Source of the DNA: Malassezia furfur
Taxonomy: Eukaryota
Reading direction: 5' to 3' (one strand)
Assembly (NCBI GenBank): GCA_052055015.1
Contig: JBQJIT010000005.1
Length of the DNA stretch: 64,000 bases
In this document: positions 10,500 through 24,499 of the stretch, one piece after another
Position numbering within the stretch: the stretch's first letter is position 1
Layout of the letters: each line of letters starts with the position of its first letter
Program-made: the position numbers and the translations under genes
Notes under the pieces: model-generated
What the model was told of the DNA's origin: nothing
The model's database searches: none
The model's input: the letters and a program-made list of their open reading frames with translations, nothing else

Positions 10500-13400
10500 C
10501 TATGCATCCTCGTCCTGGTAGTAGGTGCGGAACACAGGCTCGCTGCGGAGCAACGGCAGCTCCTCGAGCGCCTCGTACACGTGCAGGAAGAGCTGGGGGA
10601 AGCGGCGCACAAAAAAGGCCAAGAAGCCCTCGGGCATGGGACTGAGCTGCTTCTTGAGCTGCGGTTGCATGTCCTGGAAGTGGTGCTTTTTGTTCCGGAT
10701 GACACGCAGCAAATCTTGCACGCTGCTCTTATCGTACTTGCGGAAGCGGCCCAAATCCTCGAGGAAAGCGCGGTCGAAGCGCCGGCGCCAATCGGCGCCG
10801 ATCACCGCATCCGCGTTGCGCTCGAGCACCTGTGATGCGAGCGACGGTGGATCGCGCTCCATCGTCTCGAGCCGGTCGCTGACGTCCTGCAAGAAGGCGA
10901 GCTTGCGCTGCGCGTTCCAGAAAAACGGGTGTTGCGCCACGCGGTCTGCCGATGGCCGATCCGCCGGCTGTGGCGCAATCATACGTGCAATCAGTGCGTG
11001 CGCCTCAACCGTGTCCTCACACGTCGCGTCCAGCGCGCTGAGGTCGGGGCGGTTCTGCACGATGTGCATCTCCCGCTCGTACTGCGTCCCAAACGGATGC
11101 TTGCCGCCGGTAAGTAGGTAGAACGCGACACATCCCAGCGAAAAGATGTCGACTGCACGCGTGAGCCGTGCATTCTCCTCGCTCTCGGGTCGAGGCACGA
11201 GCGGGCGGTGGCCCTGCAGCACCTCGGGTGCACGCCAGCCGACCGTGCCGCCGGGCTGGTTGATGGATTGGCTAAAGCTGCTTTGCGCGAGGCCGTCCAT
11301 GCGCTTGGACAGGCCAAAGTCAGATAGGAGCATGCGCAGCTTGTTTTGCGCCGTAAGTGTCACCAAGATGTTCTGCGGCTTGATGTCGCGGTGCACGATC
11401 GAAAGCGAGTGTAGATGCTGCAGCCCGGCGGTGATCTGCTTGAACGCATTGCGCGGTTCAAGTAGCTGCGCGAGCTGTGCGTGCTCCACAGGGCGCTCGA
11501 CCAGGTCCGCGAGACTCGCAGGACACTGCTCCAACGCGATGTACAAAAAGTTGTGCGTGAGTTCCTGGCAGTAGTAGCGGATCACATTGGGGTGGTTGTC
11601 GGCCGACTGCAGCAGCGACACCTCCTTGGACGCCATCAGCACAAAGTCGCGCAACAGGCGCTTGACGGCGACCGCGCGGCCCTGGAAAGTGCCGCGGAAC
11701 ACGACGGTGCCCGACGAGCCGTACCCCAGTACCTCTTCCGAAATTTGCAGCGTCGACGGTGCAATCGGCTCGCCCGACGGCGTCATGGCCGTCACGGCCG
11801 GCGCGGGCGACGACGAGGGCGACGATGACGCCGTGCGTACCCGCTCCGCGGTCTCTTCTGACCGCGCGGGCGTTGACTGCCGCGCCAGTACCGCGGCGCC
11901 CGCACGCTTGCCGCGGCGCCGACGCTTGGGTTTGGCATCGTCCTCGGTGGGCGCCGTCGCGCGCGGCTCGTCGTCGTCGGACGCATCGTCGGCATCGGCA
12001 CGCGGTGTGCCATCTACCCCCACGCCGTTGGCCTCGACAGGCGCCGGTGTCGCGGCGCGTGCGACAGGGGCCTTTTCGGCGGCCTTGTCCAGGCCCTTGT
12101 CACCGACTTTCTCGGGCGCCTCGCGCGGGCGCTCCGCATCAAAGTGCAGCGTCTCGGTATTGAGAATGAGCGGCGTGCGGTCCTTACGGATCAACAGGTA
12201 GCCTCGCACGATCACAAACACGAGGAACGCCAGGCCGGCGATGCGCAAGACAAGCAGGCGCGTCGCCTCGTTGTGCCACGACAGTACGGGCACTGGCGGC
12301 GGTGCACCGATTTGCGGGCGGTGGTCATAGTGCGGCGCATCGAGCAGCGGAATGTTGGTCAGCGGTACTTGGCTCGGCACTTCGTACCCGCCGAGCCACG
12401 GCTGCAGCGACGCGTCGTTGGCGCTCGAGCGCCGGCCCCGCGTCGCGGCCGCGGGCGATACCAGCTCCACAAGGGGGTAGCGCGAGCGGCCAAGCGCATA
12501 CAGCGTGCCGCTCGGCGACATGCCGAGGTACGCTGAGGACAGCTGCTGCGACACGCCGCGTCGCTGCTGCTCGACGACGTGGGAAAGGTCTTTGGGGTTG
12601 TGCGGCACAATCACCGGGCGCAGCAGTGGGGTGTCGGGCGCCGTCGAGGTCGGCGGCACAAATACCACATCGAACAAATCGACCACGCTCGTGTTCAGCG
12701 TGCGCGTCCACACCACGGGTGGCATCGGCGGCGGCGATGCACGTGCGCCGGTACGCAGTCGAGCGAGGTCGAAGCACACGAGCGCCTTGTCCTCGGGCGC
12801 CACGAGGATGCCGTGTGTGTCGATCTGGTCGCCATGTTGCGCCCAGAGTGCCGCAATGTCCTGGTCGACGCTGTTCGGCGCATACACGCTGTAGTGCAGC
12901 GTCTGCGACGCGTTCGGCGTGCTGCGTACGTGCACGGTGAGCGTGTAGTCCGTGCGGCCAACGTACACCCACGGCGACTCAATCGCATCGTAGCCCGTGT
13001 GGTCGTCGGCGCGCGCACCTGCGTAGGCCGCGTGGGGGGGTGGGAAGTCGTGGAGGTACGCGTCCTTGGCGTCGAATACGGTGCCGATCGTGCCGGTGAA
13101 CACGTTGAGTTCCACGAGCCGCGTGCGCTTTTCGGCAACAAAGATGCGCGTGTCGTCGCTGCTCAGCGAAAAGGGGCTCAGCGCGACCAAATCGGGCAGT
13201 GAGAAGGGCATCTTTTCGAGCTGCGGGCGCACCTCGCCATGCTCGGTGCGCGTGCGTAACATGTACAGATCGCCCCCGCTCGATGGCTCCACGACATAGA
13301 TCCCGCCTGACTCGAGCACCCGCAGTGTCTCGGCATCGCCGTACTTCACCGCGTCCGCGGCAAGTTGCTCGAGTGTGCGGTGCTGCGCGCCAAAGTGTGT

Positions 13401-13712
13401 CGAGACGAGCGGCTGCAGCAGGTCTGGCACTGCCTGAGTATGGGCAGACAAGTCCCATAATACCGCGCCACTGGTACGGTCGATGCCCAGCAGACGCCCA
13501 TCAATCGCTGTCGCGAGCACGACGTTGGACAGCTCGAGATCGAGTACTTGGTTGGGATCGGGCGGAAGACTCGTGTATGGGATGCGCGGCCCAAACGCGC
13601 CGGGGCGGCGCGCCAGGTCGCGCATGTCCTGCGCCGTGGCCAGCGTGGAGAGCGTGGCGAGCGCGCCTACGACCAACACCGCAACAACACGCACAGCGCT
13701 CCACCACCGCAT
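10500..13712 (-). CDS. IRE1: IRE1 ER-stress kinase/endoribonuclease
   Basis: Signal peptide MRWWSAV, luminal domain, TM helix, kinase ([29 protein letters not shown]), KEN RNase [12 protein letters not shown]. Confidence 0.95.
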   Translation of the reverse strand: MRWWSAVRVVAVLVVGALATLSTLATAQDMRDLARRPGAFGPRIPYTSLPPDPNQVLDLELSNVVLATAIDGRLLGIDRTSGAVLWDLSAHTQAVPDLLQPLVSTHFGAQHRTLEQLAADAVKYGDAETLRVLESGGIYVVEPSSGGDLYMLRTRTEHGEVRPQLEKMPFSLPDLVALSPFSLSSDDTRIFVAEKRTRLVELNVFTGTIGTVFDAKDAYLHDFPPPHAAYAGARADDHTGYDAIESPWVYVGRTDYTLTVHVRSTPNASQTLHYSVYAPNSVDQDIAALWAQHGDQIDTHGILVAPEDKALVCFDLARLRTGARASPPPMPPVVWTRTLNTSVVDLFDVVFVPPTSTAPDTPLLRPVIVPHNPKDLSHVVEQQRRGVSQQLSSAYLGMSPSGTLYALGRSRYPLVELVSPAAATRGRRSSANDASLQPWLGGYEVPSQVPLTNIPLLDAPHYDHRPQIGAPPPVPVLSWHNEATRLLVLRIAGLAFLVFVIVRGYLLIRKDRTPLILNTETLHFDAERPREAPEKVGDKGLDKAAEKAPVARAATPAPVEANGVGVDGTPRADADDASDDDEPRATAPTEDDAKPKRRRRGKRAGAAVLARQSTPARSEETAERVRTASSSPSSSPAPAVTAMTPSGEPIAPSTLQISEEVLGYGSSGTVVFRGTFQGRAVAVKRLLRDFVLMASKEVSLLQSADNHPNVIRYYCQELTHNFLYIALEQCPASLADLVERPVEHAQLAQLLEPRNAFKQITAGLQHLHSLSIVHRDIKPQNILVTLTAQNKLRMLLSDFGLSKRMDGLAQSSFSQSINQPGGTVGWRAPEVLQGHRPLVPRPESEENARLTRAVDIFSLGCVAFYLLTGGKHPFGTQYEREMHIVQNRPDLSALDATCEDTVEAHALIARMIAPQPADRPSADRVAQHPFFWNAQRKLAFLQDVSDRLETMERDPPSLASQVLERNADAVIGADWRRRFDRAFLEDLGRFRKYDKSSVQDLLRVIRNKKHHFQDMQPQLKKQLSPMPEGFLAFFVRRFPQLFLHVYEALEELPLLRSEPVFRTYYQDEDA

Positions 13713-13741
13713 CGTCGCCCCATGCACCGAGCGAAGCGGCG

Positions 13742-13758
13742 CACGTGGGGAACACGTG
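13742..13758. promoter_or_regulatory. Tandem CACGTG boxes in the IRE1/GET3 bidirectional promoter
   Basis: CACGTG at 13742 and 13753 within the 64-nt spacer between the two ATGs. Confidence 0.55.
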
Positions 13759-13776
13759 TCTTTCTCCCCCACGACC

Positions 13777-14795
13777 ATGGCGACGACGACCGTGGACGAC
13801 GCGCAGCCCGCGACGCTGCAGAGCATCCTCGACCAGAAATCGCTCAAGTGGGTGTTTTGTGGTGGCAAGGGCGGTGTCGGCAAGACGACCACCTCGTGTG
13901 CGCTCGCGATCCAGCTCGCCAAGGTGCGCGAGAGCGTCCTGCTGATCTCCACCGACCCGGCGCACAACCTCTCCGACGCGTTCGGCCAGAAATTTGGACG
14001 CGAAGCGGTCAAGGTGAACGGTTTCAGCAACCTGAGCGCCATGGAGATCGACCCGACGAGCAGCATGCAGGAAATGATTGAGCAGTGTATGTGCAGACAC
14101 CGCTGACCCCAGCTGAGCAGCAGGGCGGTGCCATGGCGCCGTTTATGCAGGACCTCGCCTTTGCGATCCCGGGTGTCGACGAGGCGATGGGCTTCGCCGA
14201 GATCATGAAGCTCGTCAAGTCGATGGAGTACAGCGTCGTGGTGTTCGACACCGCCCCTACCGGCCACACGCTGCGCTTCCTCTCCTTCCCGTCGGTGCTT
14301 GAAAAGGCGCTCGCCAAGTTTAGCACCTTTGGCAAGAGCCTCGGGCCGATGTTCTCGCAGCTGACCAACATGATGGGCGGCGGCCAGGGCTCGCAGGAGG
14401 ACATGTTTGCCAAGCTCGAGTCGATGCGCCAGGTGATCACCGAGGTCAATTCCCAGTTCAAGGACGCGGACAAGACCACGTTTGTGTGCGTGTGTATTGC
14501 CGAGTTCCTGTCGCTCTACGAGACCGAGCGCCTTATTCAGGAACTCACGCAGTACGACATCGATACCCACGCCATCGTGTGCAACCAGCTCCTCTACCCG
14601 CCTCCGGGTTCGACGTGCGAGCACTGTCGCGTGCGCAAGGCGATGCAGGACAAGTACGTCGCCGAGATGGAGGATTTGTATGCGGAAGACTTCAACATTG
14701 TCAAAATCCCGCTCCTCACCGAGGAGGTGCGCGGGCCTGCCAAGCTCGAGTCGCTCTCCAAGTACCTCGTGGAGCCGTACCAGCCGCCGAAGTAG
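13777..14795 (+). CDS. GET3: GET3/ArsA ATPase
   Basis: [34 protein letters not shown], CxxC; intron 14087-14112. Confidence 0.95.
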
Positions 14796-14850
14796 GTAGC
14801 AGCCGTACAAAGCATGGTATCGCGGCTATGTGCCGTGCGGAAATGCACAC

Positions 14851-15491
14851 CTATACACCGGGGCGCACCAGGGGAGGGAACAGAGTTGCTCTGCATCAGA
14901 CACACACACGTACTCGGGCCGCACCACGACGCGGTGGCCGTTCTTGCGCACCGTCTGGCGCTGTACATCACGCGGCAGCGGTTTGCGCATGTCTGCGTCA
15001 GCACCCCACATACCTAGCCCATCCTCTGTCATGTCTGGCGATCCACCGCGGTAGTAAGCATGCACGCGGCGGTACACGGAGTAGCCACGCTTCTCATACA
15101 TCTCGATGGCTTTCGCGTTCGACGGACGCACAAACAGGTCCACAAAGTACGCGTCGTACACGCGCTCCGACACCAGCTCGAAAAAGTCCATCAGCATCTG
15201 TGCCACACCGAGCCGCCGGAATTCGGGCGCGACCGTGACTGCGGTAACGTGCCCGTGCAGTGTGAGCTCCTCCGCAGAGGCGCGGCCCTTGGGCGCGCGG
15301 CCCTCGGTCTTGCCCAACACGTAGCCCATCATTTTGCCGGAATGCGCCGCACACGCTGTCAGCATCATGTCCGGCCACTGCGCAAGGTAGTTCAGGTAGA
15401 AACCATTGCTGTACGTCTCGGTCCAGTGGTCCATGTTCACATTGTTGAAATGGAACAGGTCGCTCGCCGCAAATGGCCGCACCGTGGTCAT
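14851..15491 (-). CDS. NAT3: NatB catalytic subunit (NAA20)
   Basis: MTTVRPF...NNVNMDHWTETY, HGHVTAVTVAPEFRRLG, FVDLFVR; introns 14993-15013 and 14891-14913. Confidence 0.9.
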
Positions 15492-15541
15492 CGTGGCGAA
15501 CGCGGCGAAATAGGCGCATTTTCCTCCACACGCACCGCACC

Positions 15542-16992
15542 ATGGCCGCCGCGCACCGACGCCTCGCCGATCTCGCGGCGGTGCATGTTCGCAACGCCCA
15601 GGCGCCGACGGCGTCATCGACATCCGACACGCCGCCCGTATCCGCATGCTTCGTGACCCTACGCAGGCCCAATGAGATACCGTTCTACATCACACCGCCT
15701 GCCCCTACCGCACAGGCGTCGTGGGGGGAATACACCAGCCCGCCGATTTGGCCCGCCACCGACTTCGCGCCGTCGGCGTGGTCGCACATGCCCGAATTAC
15801 TCGTGGGCCTCTACGTGCGTACCGACCTACGCTGGTCGTGTGTCTGGGAGACCCTCGTTGACCTGCGCACACTCCCATCGCTCGGCACCGAACTTAGCTC
15901 GGTTCGTGAATTTCAGCCGAACTTGGTATACCTCGCCTTGCGCCAGAACCATGAAGATACCCAGCTGGAATACGTTGCGATCCACAGCGATGCACCGCAC
16001 GAGCCCGATGCCGAAGAGGCCGGCCGCCGCGCGATGTTGCTCTCGATGGTGGAGACCCACATGCAGCAGAGCTGCACGCTACCCCAAGCCCTAAGTGTAG
16101 TACATGTGCAAGGCGACCTACGTGCGCTGCACAACACACTAGACACGCTGCAACGGCGGTGCGGCCACGCGCTCACCGACAATGGTCTGGCCGAAAAGGT
16201 ACGTCTCTTCCGCACCGACGCAGCGCCATCAGCTCGAATCTCGGCAACGCCTCAAGGACCTGCGCCGCCGCGTCCAGCTGCGGAAAGAGCAGGTGTCCCA
16301 GGGTACGTGTCTAATCTGATCCAGCACGCGCCGCGCTCGTCGAAGCACGCTCGGCACTACAGACTCGCCGTAACAACCTGGAACGCGGCACTACCCTGCT
16401 TCATGACGTCCAGCAGCGCCGTATACAAGCACACGAGGCGTCCACCGAGGCCATGTACGTCATAATGTAGTCTAACCCCAGGAAACGCGCCGAAGAAGTC
16501 GAACGGTCTATCCAACAGCACCGCGTACGCCTCCTACGCGATCTTGAGTTTATCTACCCCATTCAGCTCGAGAGTGCACGCGACCTACTCTATTCGATTG
16601 TCGGACTCGCGCTACCAAACGGCGTTGCGTCCACCGACGAGCGGTCGGGCGCGCTGGTGCACAAGTCGGCCTTGGAAGAAAGCGCAGCTGCACTGGCCTA
16701 TGTCGCTCAAGTCGTCGTTTTGGCCAGTGCCTACCTGCATGTTCCACTACCCTATCCGCTCCGCCCGGTCGGCAGCCGCGCCGTCGTCCAAGACGCCATC
16801 AGCGTCATGACTGGGCCGCGCATGTTTGCCCTCTACGGCAAAGGCGTGGAGCCGTACCGGTACGAGTACGGCGTGTTCCTGCTTAACAAGGACATTGAGC
16901 AGCTTATGCATGCGCACGGTGTCCCCATGCTGGATTTACGCAACACGCTGCCCAACGTTAAGAACCTGCTCGTGACATTGGCGTCTTTGTAA
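15542..16992 (+). CDS. UVRAG/Vps38/Atg14-family PI3K complex subunit
   Basis: Coiled coil, then C-terminal LPYPLRPVGSR..FEYG-like YEYGVFLLNKDIEQL..DLRNTLPN; introns approx. 16199-16223, 16303-16324 and 16455-16481. Confidence 0.75.
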
Positions 16993-17046
16993 GACGCGTC
17001 TCCATACCCTTTTTAGTCATCCAAACGCGTCTCGACGCGGTTCTTC

Positions 17047-19371
17047 ATGGTGCTCGTCTGTCGCCCGCGGGAGACGGGCGATGCACGCATACGCACGTCT
17101 GGCACATTGGAGTATGCCGATGCATACCACCACATAGTTCATACTGCACGGAGACGCGTTCTGGGCGAGCCGGGTGCTGAAGCCCCGGGGGGTGCGACGG
17201 TGTTGATCCTGACCACCCCACAGGTGGACTCCCTCGCGGCCGCGCGCATATTTACGCGTCTATTAGCCGACGACGAGATTGCCTTTCGCGTGGCTCCCGT
17301 GAACGGATACCGGTCCCTACAACAAGTTCTTGCCGAGGACGTCGAGGGTCGTCTCGAGGTACGTGACACGACGCGTCGCGTCGCGCTTAACGCGTGGTAC
17401 TAACCTCAGCTACATACGCTCGTTTTCCTCAACCTGGGCTCCTTGATGCCACTGCCTACCTCGATACCCCTCCCGCAAAACTGCATACTGCATGTGCTGG
17501 ATGCACACCGTCCGTGGAATTTAAGCAACTTGTTTGCAACGTCGCACGTCAACGACCGCATCTATATTTGGGATGATGGCGAAGTCGAGGAGCGCCTCGG
17601 GCGCGAGCGCGAGGCTTATGAAATGCTCGAGTTTGACGTAGACTCGGACTCGGACTCGGACTCGGACTCGGACGCAGAAGACGGCGGAGACGAGCACAGC
17701 GACGACGGCGAAGACGACGGCGAAGACGACGAAGACGGCGATAACGACGGTGACAAGGACGTTGGAAATGCTTCTCCCAATACCCCTACGAGTGCACAAG
17801 GAGCCAAGCGTGCCTGCACTCCCAACGGAGACGCGTCACGGAAACGTACGCGCCATCTCGACAGTGAGCAGCGCCAACTTTACCGTGCCATTTTGGCCAA
17901 GTACTATGCGCGCGGCAGCTGGACAGGAATGAGCACGGCACAGATGATGTACTTGTTGGCTGTGTCTCTAGGTCGTGGCGACCGGGACAGCCTGTGGTAT
18001 GCCATTTTGGGCCTCACGGCCCAGTACATCACGAATGCGATCCACACGGGCACCTATGAAGGCTACGCAGCCGCTCTTGCATCGGATGTACATGCCATGA
18101 ATGCGGATGAGGCGGGTCCCGTGAATGTGCGGGGTTTGCGTGATGTCAACATGTACGGTGCCGACGACTCGGCCATTCGCGTGGTGAACGAAGAGCTTCG
18201 CTTCACCTTGTACCGTCACTGGAGCTTGGAGACGAGTATGTACCATACTTCCTATGTTGCTGCCAAGCTGGGCATCTGGCGCGAAAAGGGCATCAACCGC
18301 CTACGCGGTCTGCTGGCTAAGATGGGCCTGTCGCTCGCCAACTGCCGCCAGACCTACGAGCACATGGACCTCGACTTGCGGAAGTCACTTGTGAGCCGCA
18401 TGGAATCGATTGCGCCCGAGTACGGCCTGAATGATTTGGTTTTCAAGTCGTTCACACGGTCTTACGGCTTCCGATCCATGCCGCTCAGTGCGTCGGACGC
18501 GGTCGAAGGCATTTCGGCGCTGCTGCAAGCCGCGCACGGCGTGCGCATCGAAGTGGAGGGCACCCAGGTGGTGCGCACGGACTCGGTGGCCAGTACGCGG
18601 GCGGTGGATACGGCGCCTGACCGCGGCGCGGCTACATATGGTACGCGGCATCTATGGTCGCTGCAAGATACCGGCGTGCACGTCGGCACGCGGGGCGTCG
18701 ACGATGACGAGTCCGATGCGACGCGCGCCGAGGCAGATGCAGAGAATCTGCCCTCGGCGACGTGGGTGCAAAACTTCTTCGAGGCGTACCGGGCCATGGA
18801 CGTGCAAAAGGCGGCGAGCATTGATCTCCTCCAGCGCTCGCTGCAACTCGCGAAGGCACTGCACCAGTCCATCGTCGCCCAAGGCGTGAGCATCATTGTG
18901 AAACAATCTATTAAAACGCTGCGCAGCTTCCGGCTAACAGTCCTACAGGACGGCCCCCATCTGCACCTCTTTGTCCAGCCCGACACGCTCACGCGGCTCG
19001 GCTTCTGGCTGATCGATGCTCTGCGCGACATTGTCAGCGAGCAGAATGAGCGGCGAGCGGCGGCACGGCGAAACAAGCGGCGGAGCAAAGACGAAGCATC
19101 TGCAGAGCTGGCCGAGCAGCAGCACGCGCTGCAGTCACTGCCATTTGTACTCGCGGCGCTGGATAAAGCGCGTGACGTTTATACAGTGGTGGGCATTGTC
19201 GGTGCAGCAGACTATGGCGATGTGGGCCGTAACCGGTTTGGCCTGGCATTCCAGGAGGCGGCAGCGACCAGTCACGCGCGCATGCGCAATGACCGCTTCG
19301 ACTCAAGCGTGTTGGAGGTGAAGCGCGACGATCTGTTGGCGTTTGTCGAGGCGCTGCATCTGCAGGCGTAG
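17047..19371 (+). CDS. CDC45: DNA replication initiation factor Cdc45
   Basis: VDSLAA, DAHRPWNLSN, LYRHWSL, RNRFGLAF motifs; intron 17359-17409. Confidence 0.93.
17641..17673 (+). repeat. (GACTCG)5.5 coding hexamer repeat encoding DSDSDSDSDSD
   Basis: Direct reading of the sequence within the Cdc45 acidic loop. Confidence 0.9.
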
Positions 19372-19746
19372 TGCGTCCATAGGAGTGGCACGTGGCGAGC
19401 CCCCCCGACAAGGATCACGTGGAAGGGCGTGATGAAATCCAACGATTGGCCGAAACGTGTCGGCCGTCGGGGCCGGGCTGAGATCAGCGGAGTCAAGGGC
19501 GGGCCCGGTTAACCACGGCGCCCTGTTTGCACGCAGGTCGGACATAACGCGCCCAGATCCAAACGCGAGTGCGGCTGAATTCCTCGCTGCACGTTGGACG
19601 CGTCGCGAACACCCAGAGAGCAACACTAGCGGCCTGTCCCCTCCGCGTCTGTGGGCTGCAGAACCTTGCCCTCGCGTGTTTGTCCCCCCTCCCTTCGACC
19701 CAAGCCGACTTGGTCCTCCGCGGAGCGTCCAGACTGTGCCCACGCG

Positions 19747-22700
19747 ATGGAGGTCCCAACTTCGCAAGCGACCGGGGCCCAAGAGCCTAGGGGTACCCCC
19801 ACTCCCCATGTCCCGCCCAACGGCGAGAATGCGCCCGGTGCGCAGGGAATTACCAGCCTATTGAGTCAGTTGCCCATCCAAGCGCAGCGCCAGCTCGCCG
19901 GCATGACCAAGGAGCGACTGCAGCAAATCGTCACAGTACGTTGTCGCACGTCACTCGTCCGCTAACCCGCAGCGTATGCAGCAGCTCAAGGCCAACGGCG
20001 CTACAGAGCAATCCAACCAAGAATACGCCACCCTTGTTCAGACGCTCAAGGCGTTCCAGTATATGCAGCAGCTCCGGATGCAGCAGCTCGCGTCGCAGCA
20101 AAAATCGGCTGGCAAGGGCGCGCCGACGATGCAGACGGGCGATGCACCTGCGAATACAGCATCTAATACACCTGCGGCGAACGTCGCATTCCCCGGCGGC
20201 ACCGGTCCGTCGCTCTCCAACGAGCAGCTCACCACGCTCCGGGACCAGATCGGCTCGTTCAAGCAGCTCTCGCGGAACCAGCCCGTGTCGGGCCAGCTGC
20301 AAAGCACGCTCACAGATACCAGGGCCAGCGACACCGACGCCGCGTCCAATGTTACGGCCAAGGTCGCCGACGCGGCCGCCGATTCGCACGCGGCGCTGCT
20401 GGCCGCCAACGGCCCCGAGGTAGTCAAGCCGAGCCCTGTGCCCGCGTCTACGTCTGCGCCTGCACCTGCACCTGCGGACGCCAAGGAATCGACGCCCGCG
20501 CGCGATGCGCCGCGCGCCGAAACGCCCAAGGACGACCCAGCGAGCCCCGTGTACCCGTACAATGCCTACCTGCATCCCTTCACGCTGCTCGCAAAGCCTG
20601 CGACCAAGGCAGGTGACGACCTGGCGTCGATGCAACAACGGCTGCTCATCCCGAGCGTGCTGCCTGCCGGGATCGATGCGCGGCTCTTGCTCGAGGAGCG
20701 GGACCGGTTTATCCAGGCGCGCATCCAGCAACGGATTCGCGAACTCGAGTCGTTCCCGTCGACCATGGCGCAGGTGCCGACGAGCGATGCGCTTGCCCAC
20801 GCGCACAACGCGCCGCTGCCGTCGCAGCTGAATGGGGACGTGGCGCGCGGGCACAATGCCAAAGTGCGTGCGTTGATCGAGCTCAAGTCGCTGCACCTGC
20901 TGGAGAGGCAGCAGCAGCTCCGGGAAAAGGTCGTGGCGAGCATGAAACTGGCCACGACACTGGGCTTGGACCGCTCGGCGTTCCGTCGCGTGCGGAAACA
21001 GGCGTTACGCGATGCGCGCGTCACCGAGCAGCTCGAGCGGAAGCAGCGCACGGAACGTGAGCGCAAGGCCAAGCAGCGCCACACCGACTACCTTTCGATG
21101 ATTTGTGCGCACGGCAAGGACCTCCTCGCGGCGCACAACAAGGCGTCCGACCAGGCGCGGCGCATCGGCCGCCTCGTGCTCAAGTTCCATGCGGACACGG
21201 AGCGCGAAGAACAAAAGCGTGTGGAGCGTATCGCCAAGGAGCGTCTGAATGCGCTCAAGGCCGATGACGAAGAGGCCTACCTGAAGCTGATTGACACGGC
21301 CAAGGACACGCGCATCACGCACCTCTTGCAGCAAACCGACGCTTACCTCGACAACCTCGCGCAGGCCGTACAGGCGCAGCAGAACGACGAGGCGCACGCC
21401 GACTTCCACGCGCTGGACAAGCGCATCTCGGCTGACGGTGGTGTGGACGAGACAACGTTTGGCGCGGCGCGGCAGGACGACCCGGCAGAGGACACGGGCC
21501 GTGTCGATTACTACTCGGTGGCGCATCGTTACACGGAGAAGATCACCGAGCAGCCGTCGATTCTTGTGGGCGGCAAACTGAAGGAATACCAGATGAAGGG
21601 TCTGCAGTGGATGGTGTCGCTTTACAACAACCGGCTGAACGGCATCCTGGCGGATGAGATGGGTCTGGGCAAGACGATTCAGACCATCTCGCTGATCACC
21701 TTCCTGATCGAGTCCAAGAAACAAAACGGTCCCTACCTGGTGATTGTGCCGCTCTCCACGCTAACCAACTGGGTGAACGAGTTCAACAAATGGGCTCCGT
21801 CGGTGTCGACTCTGGTGTACAAGGGCACGCCCAGCGTGCGCAAGCAGCTCGCAGCGCAGCTCAAGACGGGCACCTTCCAGGTGCTCCTCACCACGTACGA
21901 GTACATCATCAAGGAAAAGAACCTCTTGGGCAAAATCAAGTGGACATTTATGATCATCGACGAGGGTCACCGCATGAAGAACACGCAGAGCAAACTCACG
22001 GTGACGCTCACGCAGAACTACTCGAGCCGGTACCGCCTGTTGCTCACCGGTACGCCGCTGCAAAACAACCTGCCAGAGCTGTGGGCGCTGCTGAACTTTG
22101 TGCTGCCCAAGATCTTCAACTCGATCAAGAGCTTCGACGAGTGGTTCAATACACCCTTCGTCAACACGGGCACGAACGACAACAGCATGCGTTTGAACGA
22201 GGAAGAGGCATTGCTCATCATCAAGCGTCTGCATAAGGTACTGCGGCCCTTCTTGCTGCGGCGTCTGAAGAAGGACGTCGAGTCGGAGCTGCCGGACAAG
22301 GTGGAGAAGGTGATCAAGTGTCGCATGAGCGCGCTGCAGGTCAAGCTCTACCAGCAGATGAAGAAGCACAAGATGATCATGAGCGACGCCGGCCCCGCAG
22401 GGCAGGTCAGCAAACCCACGGGCATCCGCGGCCTGCAGAACGCCATCATGCAGCTGCGCAAGATCTGCAACCACCCATACGCCTTCGAGCAGGTCGAGGC
22501 AGCCATCAACCCGAGCAAAGAAAACGGGCCCGATTTGTACCGTGTCGCGGGCAAATTTGAGTTGCTCGACCGCATCCTGCCCAAGCTGTTTGCAACCGGT
22601 CACCGCGTGCTCATCTTCTTCCAGATGACCGCCATCATGGACATTATGGAAGACTTTATGCGCTTCCGCGGTATCAAATACCTCCGTCTCGATGGCTCTA

Positions 22701-24217
22701 CCAAGCCCGACGACCGCTCCGTGCTCCTGCGCGAGTTCAACAAGCCTGACTCGGAGTACGACGTGTTTATCCTGTCGACGCGCGCCGGCGGTCTCGGTCT
22801 CAACCTGCAGTCAGCCGATACGGTGATCATCTACGACTCCGATTGGAACCCGCACCAGGACCTGCAGGCCCAGGACCGTGCACACCGCATCGGGCAAAAG
22901 GTCGAGGTGCGCATCCTCCGTCTGGTCACGGAAAAGTCGGTCGAGGAGACCATCCTGTCACGTGCCCAGTCGAAGCTCGAGATCAACGGCAAGGTCATTC
23001 AAGCGGGCAAGTTTGACAATCAGGCGACCGCCGACGAGCGTGAGCTTCTCCTTCGAGCGATGCTCGAGGCTGACAACGAGGAGGAGGACGAGGAAGAACG
23101 TGGCGACATGAATGACGACGACCTCAACGAGCTCCTCGCACGCTCCTCCGACGAAGTTGCCCGCTTCCAAGAGGTGGACCGCGAACGTGCCGCGGACGAA
23201 GAGGCCGAGTGGCGCGCTTTGGGTCACACGGGACCGATGCCCGAGCGCCTCATGCAGGAAAGCGAACTGCCGGAACTGTATCGCCGCGACTTTGACGCCG
23301 AGGTGATTGACGGTTCCCAGGGCGAGCAACCGCTGTCACGCCGCCGCAACGTTGTCCATTATGATGACGGCCTCACTGAGGATCAGTTCCTTCGTGCGCT
23401 CGAAGGCGATCAGGACCTGAATGAGGTCGTTGAGCGCAAGCGAGAGCGGGCCGAGAAGCGCCGCTTGAAGCAGGCCGGCTTGGCCGATGTGGGCGACGTT
23501 GACGTATCTGCGTCCGACTCGCCGCGCCTGGGGCGCAAGCGCGCTAAGGGCACCGACGACACCGACGAATCGACCGGCGCGCAGTCGCCTGCCGATGGTG
23601 CCCTCGGTAAGCGCAAGCTGGGCGGCAACAACAGCGCCATGAAGTCTTCAACCGACCTCTCCGATGCCCTGAACAAGCGCCGCAAGGTAGACGAGTCTCG
23701 CGACGCGATCAAATCGGCGCTCATGCAATGCTACCACGCCGTGGAGCACTGCGAGGACCCCGAGACGGGCCGGCGCCGCTGCGTGCTGTTCATCGACATC
23801 CCGAAAAAGAGCGAGTACCCCGACTACCATGTGCTCATCGCAAACCCCATTGCCATGCGCCAAATCCACAAGCGGATCGAGAACCGAACGTACAAGACGC
23901 TGGAGGCGTGCAAGAAGGACTTCCACCTGATGTTCAACAATGCACGTACTTACAACCAGGAGGGGTCACTCGTATGGAACGATGCCGAAGAACTGCAGCG
24001 TGTATTCGATGAGACGTACGCGCGTGTCCAGCAGGAGCTCGAGGCAGAGGAGGAGGACGACCAGACTGCTACCGAAGCCGACGACTCCCAAGCGGAAGCA
24101 CCTGTATCACTAGAAACTTCTATGGACGCGGACGAGGGCGAGCGGCCGCGTGTACCTGCCAAAACTGGCATGAAGATCAAGCTATCGATGGCTGGGCGCA
24201 AGAAACGCACACCCTAG
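19747..24217 (+). CDS. SWI/SNF or RSC ATPase (Snf2/Sth1 family)
   Basis: QLQ, HSA, LADEMGLGKT, DEGH, QAQDRAHRIGQ, SnAC and bromodomain; intron 19936-19972. Confidence 0.93.
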
Positions 24218-24499
24218 CCATATTCTGTAGCGTAGTGTTTGTATACCACATTTCGTTCCCCCCGGGACCCGTCATGATCGCCGTGCCGCACGAGCGTGCA
24301 CGCGGCGCCGCAGTGCGCTGACTAAACGTCAATTTGCGCGCATTACGTTGGGCCGTGCCGCAGCGACGAACCTGCTGGCAAAATTGGGTCATCGTCCAAA
24401 TGCGCCCTTGGGTTGGTGAAAAGCCACGTGGCCCTCCCGATAGAGCGACGTTTAAGTTTGAGCGTGAGAGGCTTGTTTCCTCTCCTTATTGTTGTTGTG

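Noticed and set aside
13713..14810. Apparent N-terminal extension of IRE1 (1436-aa ORF)
   Set aside because: It is the antisense of GET3; the IRE1 signal peptide begins at 13712
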